This document shows positions 31,561 to 48,400 of a DNA stretch of 64,000 bases, one piece after another. How positions within the stretch are numbered: the first letter of the stretch is position 1; each line of letters begins with the position of its first letter. Below the pieces are notes generated by a model. The model saw only the letters and a list, made by a program, of their open reading frames with translations. It did not search any database and was not told the origin of the DNA. The stretch lies in assembly GCF_009914755.1 (NCBI RefSeq), contig NC_060937.1; one strand, given 5' to 3'. The DNA comes from the human T2T-CHM13v2.0 reference genome, Homo sapiens. The position numbers and the translations under genes are program-made.

Positions 31561-34319
31561 AACAGTGACGTCCTCTGACGCAGGATGGACTGACTACAAA
31601 GGAGCTCATAAGACCTTACGTTTATGAAAACAGTCAAACTGAACAAAATCCAAAACGTTTGAATAACTGACAGGGTAACCCTAAATTCTAAAAAGCAAAA
31701 TTTTACATTTTCTTAAAGAAGGGAAAATTATTTGTAAGTTCATGTAGCAACTCAACGTTGAGAAATAAATACCTAAAATAAGACCATGTTCAGATATAGG
31801 AATCATTTATAAATATTAAAAATAACACTGAAGTTTAGATAAATATTAAAGAAATATTAAACATTCCAGTTAGAATCTTAACTTTTTCAGGAAAAAAATA
31901 TATATGTATATATGCCATCTTTTCCTCTTAAGATTATATGGTAACGTTTCCTGTAAGTTATCAAAGAAATGTGAAGTTCAGCAAAGACTCATAGTTGAAT
32001 AAAGTACAATATGATGACTTTATCAAACATAATTAATGACCTCAAAGGAAAAATTAACTCCATTTCAAGTGCCCAGACCTGAAAAATACCAAATTCTAGA
32101 GAAAAGCTTGGAATGGATCTTAGAATATCTGTCTGCTTTATCTGCAAGGCAACTGTAGTGAGGCAAGCGCTCGTTAGGAAGTGAGACATGTCACTGAAAA
32201 TTTTCAACCTTAATTTTGTCCCCAAATCCCTACAAAGGCATCTCGAAAACAAAATCCAGAATTATCTTCTTGTGATCACATGAATTTCTCAAACATAATA
32301 GAAAAAACAAAACAAAAACAGTCAAGAAAAAAACTACCATTGATCACTGCATAATCAAGGTAAGTTTTTTAAACCATGATGGACTACGGTAACAATAAAT
32401 TGCATTTTTTAGTTCAAGAAATTATTATGAACTTACCTGAACAGCCTCCACTATTTTCTTTAAAAGTTCAATATTTCAAGTAAATTACTGCCACAGCCAA
32501 GAATCCCACTGTTACTTATTTAATGTATCAATCATGTTCATATATCATGAAAAGCCACTGGAAACAAATTGTCAAATAATATTCAATAGTTTATTTTACA
32601 CCACACACGTAAAACCATTTAAAAAATAGCACCTTACTGTTACTTATTTTGAAGATAACATGTAAATCAAATTAGGAAAAATATTTCTTGCAGAATCCAT
32701 TACATATTCATGTGCATTAAATAATACCAAAATGTTGTACTGGGGGTAATTACTCAAATATCACTGCAGTGTTATGTGCTGATCATCTGTTTAAATGCAG
32801 GGGGAAAACAGGTGCTAAGCCGAATCAGTGATGAGGTCTGATGACCAACCTCAGTCAGGATCCTTTCTTCTGCTGCCCCATTTGGCATGAACTCCTCACT
32901 GGGGAACACTACTTCTGAATTAGAAGTGTATCCAGTAACTGTATTTACATGAAAATACATTAGGATCATTACATGTTTTAATGGTTTGCTTTAACATAGA
33001 ATGACAACACATCTTCTAAAAAGAGACTAAAGTCTAAAAACAGAAGGCAAGTTTAAAAGATATCTGTCACATTTTGTAAATGTACAAAACTTCATTTATT
33101 GGTTGCCACAAAGTTTGAGAAATTTAGACTATATAGACCAGGTTAATAGGTAACAGAAAAACAAAGTATAAGGAAAGCCGTAACATGTAGTTGTAAATCT
33201 ACCATCTCAAACTTTTCCTGCCTCCACATCATTTGTAAATGCAGAAGCTTCCCATCAGCAAAGCTGCATGGCACTGCGCCACATCAGAGCCCAGCCCAAC
33301 CTTTGGCCCTTGGTAAGGCATTAACAGCATATCCGTAAGTGCCATGTGAACCTCAGAATTCCCGGCAGTCCCTTTGTTAGAACACATACTATTTCCCACT
33401 TTCAGTCATAATCAGGGCTCATTAAAAGCACTCCCAATAATTTTGCAGTGATTATTTCAGGAAAAACTATGTGGTATAAAGAAATCCTATTTTGATTCTG
33501 CTAATAACTTGTTTATCTTAGACAAATGGCCTGTTCACTAATTCAACAAAAGCACAGGAAGCACCTCTATGAGGGTATTCACAACTTAAGAAGGTCTCCC
33601 TTAACATCTCAGAAGGTCTGAAGATTGTGTATTAGGTAAGAATAATTCAGTCTGACAGAAAGAGCACTGAAATTCAACTCCAGATGTTCATATGCTAGTG
33701 CACAATCACCACTAGTGCAGCAGCAAGAGTAGAGCAAGCAGGCAATGAGCAGATTCTCCAATCAAGAGGAGACTGGAATAAGAGGGTGAAATAAATATGG
33801 AATTTTGACCATTCTAGTTTCCTTTTGTGATCATCTATTTATATACCCAAATCCCTAACAAAAAAAACTTACAATGACCTCAAGGTTAAAAATCAGACTT
33901 GAGTTTCTCATTTCCCAAAGTTTCCTTTACTACAGCTGTGGGTTCCACAGACAACCTCCCTTTACATGTCTTCAGAGGCATTGTATCCAGAGCTTTTGTC
34001 ATTAATATACATAGACATGCTTTATTTTTGGCCATTACTGCTATATGCATCTTATTGTCTCTCCTCTTACATATTTATCTGCCAACAGTGATCTTTGCAG
34101 ACCAAGCCACCATCACCTCTCTCAACTCTCCTGACTGATCTAAGTGCTTTGATTCTCGCTCTCCTCCACTCAATTCTCTATTAAGTAGCTAACGTAATTC
34201 CTTTCTAAAAAATAAGCTACATCCTATCATGACCTAGGCAAAGTCTCTCCGCTGAATTCCCATTTTATTCAGGGAAAAAAAATTCCCAACTACTGACCAC
34301 GGCATTGCTCCACATCTTG

Positions 34320-34550
34320 CATTCTCAACAGAGCAATCTCCGTCCCAAGGGGGAGAAAATTACCTGGGGGAGGGAGAGGACAAAAATCGTACTCTTTCTA
34401 TGTATGCAGCACAGATTTAACAGATAGACTTACAACCATCCACAGTTATCCAGGTTGTCAACATTTCAGTAGCAGGGGGTCAATTAGGAAAAGAAGGTCT
34501 AAAAGGCCTTCTGTGGAGGAAGTGATCACAAAAAAAAATTGAGAAATGCG
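34320..34550. mobile_element. hAT-Charlie-type non-autonomous element (subfamily uncertain)
   Basis: Inverted ends cattctcaac ... ttgagaaatg about 230 bp apart. Confidence 0.45.
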
Positions 34551-34989
34551 GATGTATTAAGAATATATACATCTATGAATACAGAAACTTCTGGAAGGAT
34601 ACACCAGAAATTAGTAACAGCGGCTGCCCCTGGATAGAGAAGTTGGATGGCTGTTAGATGATACTGAGAAATTTACTATCACTCTGCATCACTTTGTATC
34701 TTGATTTCTGTGTACCAGGTACACATTATTGTTCATAAAATTCAAAAATATAGTTTATGTATAAATAGTATTTGAAGGCTGTTGATTTTTATTAGGTATT
34801 CTTTCTAAAGTGCAACAGTGTAATAAAGATTATTTCTAGATCTCAAGGAGGATCTGAATGATGGCTATAATGAAGGGCCTATTTAGGTAACTTTTAAGTT
34901 TGAGGAATAAGAGAATGGGGTTAGTCCACTTAGGGTTTCCGTATTTCCTCATGTTGGCCACTGACCAAGTATGAATATAGCCATCTTTA

Positions 34990-35305
<316 letters not shown>

Positions 35306-38300
35306 AGCCATCTTTAGTATATGTTCATTTCTTTGGGATGTGCATTTCTGTAACTCATCAATGCAACTGCAGTGTTCTATGGAGCTTCAATGGTTTCCAC
35401 GTATTCCAGTACAAGACTCAAACTCACCAAGCCCTGCAGGGGACACCCAAATCACTCTGTGGATGTACAGAGGGTATCTCAGCCCCCTAACCTATATACA
35501 TTTGACACTGGCAAACTTTTGTGTCTCATATTTTCATTTGTCAATTGTTGCTTACTCTACTGACAATTCTCTAGCCAAGATCTTTTCCCCGAGCATCAGG
35601 ATTTCCTGTGCTGAACCCACTTTCTAGATGGCACAGGGCCCCAACCCTTCCATCTGCCCTTTCTCCTCTTTTTAGCAGCACCAAAATACCTATCATTTGG
35701 TTTTTTAAAACCTGTCACCCTTGCCTTCTTTCTTCCACATAAATCCCCTATATTAAGTTAACCACCCAGTCGTGACCATATCATAATCACTCCACGTCTT
35801 GATTTCTGCCCTTCTTCTCCATCCCACTATCCCACATATCAAGTGCTCTCACTTCCTGCAGTTAAGGCCATTCAAATGCATCCCACTGCCAATCACTAGG
35901 TATATAGTGACTGCAATCTGACTACTGTCATTCTCTTGCCAAAAATCTCCTAACGATTTTTGGAGATTTTTTCAATGGGTCTTTATCACAGAATAAGATT
36001 TTAGATTTGTTTTCCAGTCTTGTTTTGGGTTCCTACCAGCTTTCTACACATTATCAACTGTCAGCCTTTGCTCACGGTGGGCCCACTCTGATCGTATCTA
36101 CTCCCCGAAACAGATATAGCTCATTTGAAGTTGATACCTAGGTATTTCTACCTCCCCAAATCTCTGGACACACTCACTAAGATAGATACTACTTCCCCTT
36201 TTGTTCTGAATGGTCGTCTAACGCTCCCACCTCCAAACAAGAGCATTCTATGAAAATCCTTCCCAACTATTGTATCTTATATGCATTTCTCTTTGCCGAA
36301 CTCCCTGTAACACACTTATGTTGGGCAACAGGTTTCATGTGTAATCCGTCAAGGTACCAAAGTATACCTAGCACTACTACTGAACTGTACACATAGCAGG
36401 TGATTCTTACAGATAATACTAGATAACCTCCTGTCACACGATGCTCCCAAAACTGATAACAAGATGTATGCTTTATTGAGAACAAGATTCCAACACTTAT
36501 TTTGTATTGTGTATTCTTGAATTTTTCCTTCCGTCTGCCTCTCAATTCATGCATATGTAAGTAAAGTCCAAGTTGACTGCTGAAAGGTGCTCCTACCATT
36601 ATTGATGTTTGTCATCCTTTCTTTCTCCCTTAAGATCTTTTCTGCATTGTTTCATAATTAATGTGCTGTCTTCTAACATGTATCAGTTGTCTGGAGTTGC
36701 TGGAAGACAGGAGCACCTCATATCTACCCCACGCTGGCTGCGTTTATCTTCGATGGAGCAAATCCTTGCTGGACGGAGCTTATATTCCATGCCACCCAGA
36801 CCTACTGTAGAATCAATTATTCCTAATCTATGACTCGAGCGTCTACTAACTCAGCTCAAGCAATCTAGGCCCTTCACAAATATAACAATGACATAATCTC
36901 TTGCAATTAATTTATGGACCCTATAGATTGTTTAGAAACCATTCATTTTGTTGACCAAATACAGTGTTCGCTTATTAGTTTATATGGCATCAAAGACACA
37001 TTCACATTAAATTAGCATTTTAATACATAAGTTACTTTTAATGGTGTGATAAACTCTTAAAAAAAAAAAAAAGGAAACTCATTGTAGTATTCCTACACTA
37101 GCACCCAGGCTATTTTATGTGTCAGTGTGTGCACTAGCCAAAGGAAAATAACTATTAAAGGACAAACAGAAAACTTATAGTCAACTGTCGACATGAGCTG
37201 TCAGGTGTTCAATTAATGATAATCCAGCCAAGAGCACATCCAACCCAGAGAAGCACTGAGGTCTGAAGGGTACAGTTCTGCTCCGGCTGCTCTAGACAGC
37301 AGCCAGTTCAGACTAGAGCAGGAAAAGGCAGGCCTCCAGAGGGAAGCCTAGAGTGAAGACAAAAGCAAAATAAAAACAGGATGATAACGAGGATGCAAAA
37401 TTAAGGAAATGGCAAAGACACTGAACACTGGGAAAACACACATGAAAATTTTATGTAACCAAATACATATTTCATACTATAGATTAGCTATATAGAAAAA
37501 AATGAGTTTTGGCAAACTAGAGTTGATTCCATTTATTTATGCTCCAAAAGTACTTAAGACTATATATACTACTATAATGTGATTATTAACCAAAATTATA
37601 TCATAATGTCAACTTGAACATTTTAAAAACCCTTTGCATACGCTGAATTATACATTTAATCCCAAGTTTTCATCATCTCTTGTCAAGAAGAGAAGAAAAA
37701 AACAATGCTTCTTGCAGAGGTCAGGTCCCCAGACTTGGTGGCATTCCCATTCTTCCTAACTTGTACTTACTATAAAACAGAGAGCCCAGGATGCTGAAAA
37801 GAATATAACTGACATATTTCACAAACGGAGACTAAAACCAAAATGCAGGAACTGAGTAATGTCTACCATATAACTAAGAAAAATGTTAATCTGGTCTATT
37901 CTTAGAAAACATTTGAAATCACCATTTGTAAAAGCAATCCAAAAAAGCAATGTCGATTTTACAGGTAATGTTTTAAATTCCTATAACCCATCCAACTGAA
38001 CAGTAATATATATGAGGTCAAGGACCATGATAAAAGAAGCAAGCAACTGAAAAAAAGGATAGGGCAGAGGGAAACTGGTAACTCTTAAGAACTCCTCAGA
38101 GTATCTGAGTAACTATCCACTCATAAACAGGGACTCTTAACATGAAAGACCAAGTCTCAAACTATTAATTACATGCTTTTTCTCCTCCCAGTATTTGTAA
38201 AAGAGTTTTTCAATCTATGTCAGTACAATATATCCAATGTATCAAAACCTGAGAGGATTAGGTAGTCCCCTTCATCACATATAATTTTTACTGAATTATT

Positions 38301-39334
38301 TCTCCTGCAAATCTTAGCCACACTGTCATCTTAAAGTTCAATTACTGGAAGAATTAACTGGACCATCAATGTCTGAAGAAGTATATATAGTGATCACCTA
38401 TAGAAACTATATATGGATAATCACATCAACAATGAGTTCTAGTTGCTACATTTTGCTAGAAGACCCTTCTGAGCATTTCCTGACGAGTTGCTCCTAGCAG
38501 TGAACCTCTCCCATTTGTGTTGGTTCTGGTTTTCTCTTCAATGTATAACAAAGGAAGAAAAGGTGTGAGAGAAAAACAAATACAGAAACTTATAAAACCA
38601 GTAGCCTTCATTTAAAACTCAATTAGAAAAAGCCTACTTTCCTGGAGAAACCTCAGGTAGGCGTTTTAAACTTACTTCCACGTCCTCTGGTCTTCTTACT
38701 GCTTGGGGTTCCACCAAGACCAAACGCCATTGTATTTGGTATAGCCAATCAATACAAAGAACATACACCGTGATTTTAGTTCTAAATTTTATATTGATCG
38801 TTGAACCAAGTCTTCTCCCATTCCGCCAACCTCATTCCACTCTCTGGTCCCACACAGCAGGATATCTTAACTCCTATCTATCCATTCCAACTTTCTTCTC
38901 TTTCCTCTTTAGACAGGGTACATATTCTACCAATGTCTATTAAGAGCTGGACTATTTACTCGTCCTCCCTGCTGGCTATTCTTACTCTGACCCTTTAGTG
39001 TAATGGAGTTGTCTAAGAATTTCTTTATGCACTTTCTTTTCCCAATTTTTCTTTTGCCACTTACTAGACTTCAAACTCAAAGAAGGTAGGGACAGTGTCT
39101 ATTTTCTTCACTATTATATGCACAGACTGAGACAAAAATGTTCAATAAAAATTTATTGAATGAATAAACAATCTGCAATACTCATCCAAACACTTTAATT
39201 GGTACTAAAAACTCTACTCCTAAATCCATACCATGACTCCATTTTTCCTCCTGAAAATTTTCTCAGATCAGTTCAATACCAAATGTCAAACACTGTGTGA
39301 ACATTGATAAAGATGGGGAAAAAAAGTAGGCATT

Positions 39335-40511
<1,177 letters not shown>

Positions 40512-41936
40512 AAGTCTTGTTTTAGAATGATGCATTTTGTGGAGAATAAGTTGCAAGAGCAAAAGTAAAAACAGGACGAGTTAGGAATGTATCATAGTCA
40601 TCTTTGGTGACAGATGGTAGGTCCTGTGAGATAATATATTTACCAGGCGGATTTTCCAAAGTTTTAAAAATCCCAACCAACCACCTAAAAGCACTCAAAA
40701 CCAAAACATTCAAAAATCAAATGGATTATGCCCTCCTCTCCCTCTAGCAGCTACATCAATCACCTCACCATCGACCCTGAACACACTTACCTTTGGCGTC
40801 TCTGTTCATAGTATCCTCAACCCATCATTCAAACCAGAAACCCCTAGGACACTTTGCATCTCCCTCCTCCGCCCTCCCAATACATTAGAAACAGCTGAAT
40901 TCACTATACCTCTGAATTACTCTTATCTGGAATCTGAACAATCCTGACACTAAAGATCCTTTCAAATTCAATGTAGGGAGGCTGGGGCTGGATCCCTGAT
41001 CTATGTGGTCTCTCTGCTCCAGAACATTGTTTCCAGTCCAGTCACTCTTACATTTAACATAATTATTTTAAGTTGTAATAATGGGGCTTATCCTTACTCG
41101 CAGTCACCTAAAAGGTAAATAAAGGTCTAAACTCCTTAACAGTGATCAATTATAATCTTATCTCAACTTTACTTCTCTTCTCTGCTACCAACCAGTCTTA
41201 GCGTCCTCCCCTTAGACGGCTTAGTGCCTCACCAGGCCTGTGACCACATCATGTTGCCACCCCACAATGCTCCTTACCCTCTCGTGCAAAAAGCCTACAA
41301 CTATCAAGTATCTACTCACCTTCAGGACCTGCTCAAACGCTATCATCTTAGTGAAATCTTCCCAGTCTCCGCAAAGTAAATGAACTATTTGCGTCTGGGT
41401 TTTCAAAGAACTTTCTATGCCCTTTATTACAACAACTTGGTCAGTTTCCTTACAACTCTACATATACCCATTAAACTACAAAAGGACCATATTTTGTTCA
41501 TTTTGGTATCCTCATTTGTAAACACTGTGTCTGTTCTACAGTTGGTGTCATTCATTCACCAAGCAAATATCTAACAAGGACTTGCTAGGAAATTAAGATG
41601 AATTACTAAATGACGGATATTCTAGAAGGAATAAAATAAATAAATAAATAAACAAGATAACCTCACACAAATGTTTTAAGAGAAATCTTGTATGTACGAC
41701 CAAACCTTTTCAGGACTTAAAACATATGCTTAAAAATGTTATGGATAGTATCAAGGTGATAGCAAACACAAAAGGAAAGTAACAAAGTGAAAGGGGTGTA
41801 AAACTTGATGTGTACGATTTCTTTCCTGAGAACTTCGTGCTCCAACTCCTTCCCTGCAGGACAGCAAACACCAAGTAATTAAGCTCAGGAAATTAATCTC
41901 ACACTGACACTTAACTATGAATATATACTTAAACTT

Positions 41937-42291
<355 letters not shown>

Positions 42292-42419
42292 TTAAATTTC
42301 AACCTTATTCATTTTAAAAGGAACAATAAATTACATAATTATAGCCTATGTAATGGGATTCAGAGATTACAATCATTGAAAGGAAAAAATTAAAATGTGA
42401 CTAAATTATTCTTCTAAGA

Positions 42420-42860
42420 TCAGGGCCAAGAAAAATATTTCAAACCACATGTGAAATATTAAACTTCCTAGAAGCCACATTAAAGGAGGGAAAAAAGCAA
42501 CAGGTGAAATTAGCTTAATTATATATATTTTATTGAACCCAATGTAGTCAAAATATTATCACTTCGGCATATGCCACATTTAAAAGTTGAGAAATTTTAC
42601 ATTCTTTTCTTCGTAAGTCTGCAAATCTAATTCAGATGCAAAATTTTCCTCAAAAATACTTAACTGTATTTAGATTACATAAAATCAAAGATACAAAAGT
42701 AGATTAATATAATCAAGTCGTTCCAAGTATGCTTAATATTCTATCAATAACTGAATTTAAGTCAATTACAATAAAAACTTTAGTTCCTCATCTCACTAGT
42801 CCCATTCCAAGGACTCAACAGCCAAATGCCACTACTACTAGGATGGTTCAGCTTCAGGCA
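42420..42860. mobile_element. MER33/Charlie5-like hAT fossil
   Basis: ccacatgtgaaatattaaacttcctagaagccacattaaa...caggtgaaattagcttaatt...caaaatattatcactt. Confidence 0.65.
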
Positions 42861-44577
42861 GAACTGTGGCCGCTTACTTCAGCACAACTCAATTCAATGA
42901 GCACAAACTAAATAAAAATCATTTTCTTTCCCCTTTGTCTCCTAAGATAGCTATTTTCTAGGCCCCTTAACTAAAAGAGTAGCTGTCATTTTCTCTACTG
43001 CCTTTATCGCTACATGGTAAGATATTATTTGTCACTCTATTACACAAATGCTATCAGGGCAAAGGATGGGTCCACTGTGTTCACACTTCAAACTGCAAGA
43101 AACTACAGTCTACATAGCAAACTGTAGGAAGTCAGTATGTAACTAAGAGGGTTTCAAGCACTGCTAAATTATTTAACATGTGTATCTATGCTGTGTTTAT
43201 GACCTACAGAAAAGAAATAGAAACTGGCTGTGATAGGTTAGTCTTCTATATCATTCAAGTAATTCCAAAATAATTCAAACTATGAGATCTATATTTTCAG
43301 CCAACCTAGGGAATATTTCATCCATTCATATGTCAAAAAGTTCATGACATGAACCCCTAGACTTTAGTTGACTTTAAGGCCTGTAGCACAAACAGCAGAA
43401 CATAAGTTAAGTACATTCTATTGCAAAGCAGAATCTAAGAATGTAAACACACTTTTCTACATTGTACTTCCCAGCCCTAAAACTTGGAGCATGTTATTTT
43501 CCACAAACTGCCCATCTTCCACTAATTTTTTAAAAAAATTTAATGGCTTCAGATAAAGGGCAATGTAGCACAATACACAGCCAAGAAACAAAAGAAGTAG
43601 TCTTATTTTTCCCAATTAATCATCATGCATAAATCTACATATTAGCAACAGATCAAATATAAAGTTCTATGGCTGCCCAGTAAGGTAATGCTAGAGCCGT
43701 TAAATATGCATGCTGGTGGGGGAGGGAACCACATTCCAATCAGAAGACTTCAGTAATGTATAAGATGACACAAAGTAAAAACTCAAGGCAGGTCCCTTTT
43801 TAAATTTTTATCATTTTTTTTTCTGTATTCATGTACCAAGAATAAAAGTTAAACACTGATTTTTGTAGAGATGTAACTCATTTTGGTGTCACAGGAGTTA
43901 AAAATAATCATTTCTTGACTGAAGACAATTAGTAATACATAACAGGAAAAACTGTGAAAAAGTCTGGTATCAACATATTTTTTTTAGAAGAGATAAAAAA
44001 AAAAAGTCTTACTCTCATTAGGCTGCCTGAGAATTCCTCAGTTGGAAAATAGGTTAATAAGCCACCATGGGGTAGAAGCAGCCTAATGTCGTAGACCTGG
44101 GCCTCCACGAAGCGAGGAATCTGACTCTGAACAGAAGAAATGGGGGAGGGGTGTGGTTGGTGCAATGTTAAAAGATAACACTGATTGCACCTTCTCCAAA
44201 CCAAACCCATTTATGTTCACAAAAATCTCAAAATGGCTGATTCATGTGGAAAACTGAGAAGATACCAAATTCTATTTTAGGGTAGTTTTTGGGAAGCAGA
44301 GTCAGAGAGTCCCCAGGTGATATCCGGATTACAATTAAGAAACAAATCTCTATACTTATTTCCTACATATAGATATTCTTAACATACACACATCAAAGTC
44401 AATGTTATAGAATCTACTTTCTGGGATATTAAAGGACTGAAATCAGGTGACTGTTTCTTTGCACTGGTACAGTCACAATTTTTTGGAACAAACAACTGTC
44501 AATACAGCAAATAGATGCTCTCATTATGAACCAATTTAATTTTTTATTGTGCTGCATAATTTTGAGTAGGCCTTTAT

Positions 44578-44621
44578 CACACACACACGCACACACACAC
44601 ACATACGCACACACACACACA
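44578..44621. repeat. Imperfect (CA)n microsatellite
   Basis: cacacacacgcacacacacacacatacgcacacacacacac. Confidence 0.9.
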
Positions 44622-45239
44622 TATCTGACGCTACAAAGAAAATATTTTAATATATATACTTATGGTCTTGGGAAATACACTTATCAAATCTTTTATCTTC
44701 AAGCTAGAAAAGCAAAACAAGCTTACACCAAAGAGAAAGTCAGGCCATCATTTTAATCCACCAAACTATCATTCTATTCATATTCACCATGAGGGTAAGT
44801 AAAGACAGGACAGTTTTCTAGCACCTTCATCCAGCAGCCAGAAGCATGTCCAAACATACCGATACAAAAACAGTTACATTATTTCATCTCATACTGGTAT
44901 GCTGAGAATCTGCTAAGAGGAAACTTGTTTCACAAAATCTTCAAAGTACACTTCTCCACATACCCTCTTCATTTGAATTAACTAGGTTTTAAAATCCTAG
45001 TTCAAAAATGTATGATAAATGAATTTATGCATTAAATAACACTCAATAGCTAATATGTTTCCTAGTCAGAAATAATGGACTTTTGCAGTGCTTATCAACT
45101 GGCAATAGCTGTAAATGTCTGAGGGTGTTTTGATTGTCAGGGATCTTATCCAATCTACAGTGTACTGGGACAGTCAACTACAGCAACAACAAAAATCACA
45201 ATCAGAATAGCCTCTTTTGAGGCACAATATCTGAAAACA

Positions 45240-45417
45240 GATGCTCAAAGGGGTTCTTACCAACAGTAGCAGCGTCATCACATAGGAACTTACTAGAAAT
45301 GAACGTTCTTTGGCTCCACCTGAGGCCTACAGACCACTCTGGAATAAAGTCCAGAGATCTGTGTTTTAATGAGCCTCCCAGGTGATTCTAATGCATGCTC
45401 AAGTGTGAGAACCACTA
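45240..45417. mobile_element. MER5A-like hAT element
   Basis: gatctgtgttttaatgagcctcccaggtgattctaatgcatgctcaagtgtgagaaccact. Confidence 0.75.
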
Positions 45418-48400
45418 ACTTCAGAAGGATGTCTGTGGCTGCTGTCCCTTAATTTAGAGGACAAGTTTTTTTCCACTGTTGTATCTTAAGCCCTAGAAAA
45501 CTAACCAATACACAGTAGGTCCCCTTGATACATGCTGTTACAATGAATTAATGGATATAGTGAAATTCTGAATGACATGGCACCTCATAAAATCTTATAT
45601 GACTAAGAAAAGTTTTTGTAGACAATTACTCCCATTACCATTTTCAGTTATCTGAACTTCTCACTCCAAAGTTATCCTAATGTGTAAAGCATTCAAGTCT
45701 GGGAACATATTTTCTAATCAACTCAAAGAATTAACATACAGTGATTAACAACTAAGCAACTTACTATTATTGCCTCTAACACCAAAAAGGTCAGAAATTA
45801 CTAAAAGTCATACAGAATGACTATGTAGAATTTAGTTTACTTTTTCTCAATACATAAAAACACCAGGCAACATATTTAAATCTAAAGAATGTCTGAAACT
45901 TAATACTGATTTACATTATCTAATAATGTAAAAATATCCTGAGGAAAAGTTAACCACGAAAGGTACACTAAGATGTTTTCTCAATTTTCACGTAATAAAT
46001 AATACAAATAACTTGCAAAAAGTAAATTATTTAAATAACCATAAAGATAATAATGTAAATAACTTGTATTCCAAACATGGCAAAGTGAACAGGCACAGGA
46101 TTATATATTTACATAATTCTTCTAAACAGTCACAGAAGCCTGGTTGATTGACAAACATATAATGCCCTTTTGCATAAAAGCAGCTAGAACAGGAAAGAAT
46201 GTATCAGAGATCCAGTCAGAGAGAAAACATAAAACATACTGAATGAATGTGGCTACTTAAGTTATGACACTAGCTTATATACGGTAATTCCTTACATGAG
46301 ATGTACAATATATAAATAAAAATGTGAAGCTGTCTTGGTGTAATAAAGAGCTAGAAAAAATTTTAGATAAAAATTTAGACAATGAAATAAAAATAAAAAT
46401 TAAGATAAAATTTAGATTAAGGTATCTATTTCAAAGTCTTCAACACCATCAACAAAACACTTATACAAAGCATTTAAAAAATATAAGGTCCACTTATATT
46501 ACTATCAACACAATGTAGGACCTCGTATTTAATGAATAATTTGTCTTATTGACTAAATTTATATTAAAATATGAAGAAAATCTAAAATGAAATGTGTTCA
46601 AACTAAGTACATTTCCACTTGAACCTACTTAATTCTAATTCTATTCTTAATTTTGAGACTGAACTACCTCATGTGAAATTTGAGTGATTTATATTCCACA
46701 AGACAGAACTGAAATTTTATTTATGTGTACAAGCAGAATACCATCTCTTTTAAAGTTCATCTGATTAAATGAGAAAGGCACATTTAAAAAGAACAATTCT
46801 GACAAACTTCTTTTAAAAATACAGGATCTTTCGCAGAGGAGGGAACTGATAGTGACAATGGTAACTGAAGCCATAAAATTTTCTTGAAAAAGATTTTGTT
46901 TAATGTGTATGTATAAACTCTGGCTATATAACATTAAGAATTTCAGTATCTTCAATCTGGAAATAACAGACTTCTGTTATTCAAAAGGAAAAAATGTCAT
47001 AAAATAGAAAAAACACATACACTGTTAATTTCATCAGGTAAAAAAAAGTGTAATCAAATAGTAAGTTTCAACAAAGAGGAACCCTTAGAGGTATTTATAT
47101 TCTAAACGGTTTTACAGAAAAAAAGGTCAAATAAAATCAGAAAACAAGTTTTGTGGTAAGCCTTTAAACACTGTCTTACAAGCTTCAAATTTCAATCATT
47201 AATATTGTTATTCCATAATCAAGGAAACAAAAACAAATTCAAAATATTCTCACAACACATAGAAGACACTACTTTTGATATTTATTTTTAAAATTTTTTT
47301 ATTTTTTGTAGAGACGAGGTCTCACTACAACTGCCCAGGCTCATCTCAGCTTTTGGTATTTAAAAAACTCCAGATTTTAAACATTAGACACTATAAATTT
47401 TTTTCTGCATTTTTTTTTCATTATTTCCCCAGAGTAACAGTCCATAAATTAACTGATGGATACTCACTTAGGAAATGGCAGACATACTTCATTTTACACC
47501 ACCAGAAAAACATGTAAAGTGAACAGAGAAAAATGATTTTAATTTTTAAACTTCAGTAATGAAAGCTGCTGGAAACAAAATGATCTTGTAAAGTATAAGA
47601 CTACTCCCAATTCATTGAATTATATGATTTGCTTAGAATGAAATGTTTCCATGCTGGGCTACATAAGAGGTGGACTCTTCGATTTCAAGAAATGAATCTT
47701 CATCAGTATGAAATTAACCTAAAAATGTTGTTTTTGGAGGCATGTGTTGAAATATTTAAGGGACAAGTAACATCAAGCCTGCTACTTACTTTAAAGTAGT
47801 TTGCCATCCCCCCAAAAAGTCCATGCCTAAAAACATCTATGAACACAGGAAAACATGAATAACTGTTGAATTAGAAGATATGTATATGGATATTTACTGC
47901 CTTATTCTTGAAAATAAGAAGTCTGACTTTTTATATCACTGCTATCCTCTGACACCTCAGAAATATATTTTAACACATTAGATGTTGTAACAAAACTCTG
48001 AACACCTACAGAAAACACTTAAATAATACCTTACTCCCCAGGAACTTCCTTCATTTTTTCAAAATGATGTGGCCCATTTATTTTTCACTAATACCATCTG
48101 ACACTAAATCTCAACCCTTTTTAAAGCTTTTACCATAATATGATCACATCCTTTCACAAAACTTACTTGATTTCAATCATATATGTCCTTTTTCTCATTC
48201 AGAATCTATGTTGTAATGATCAACCTAATCCCCATTTACTAATTAATGACTACTAATCATTCACATTGCTATTTAGCAATTATTAGAGACTCTACATATA
48301 AGTAGCAAGTTACTGAAATATTCAACAAGTATGTTTCTCAACAAACTGTAAAGGTATTATTTCAAATAGTGTTTGAAAAACAAGAGCCAAAGTTTCAGTC

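Noticed and set aside
32828-32918. GTGATGA...CTGA spaced about 90 nt, like a C/D-box snoRNA
   Set aside because: It is on the + strand outside any sense host intron, has a weak terminal stem and has no recognisable rRNA guide.
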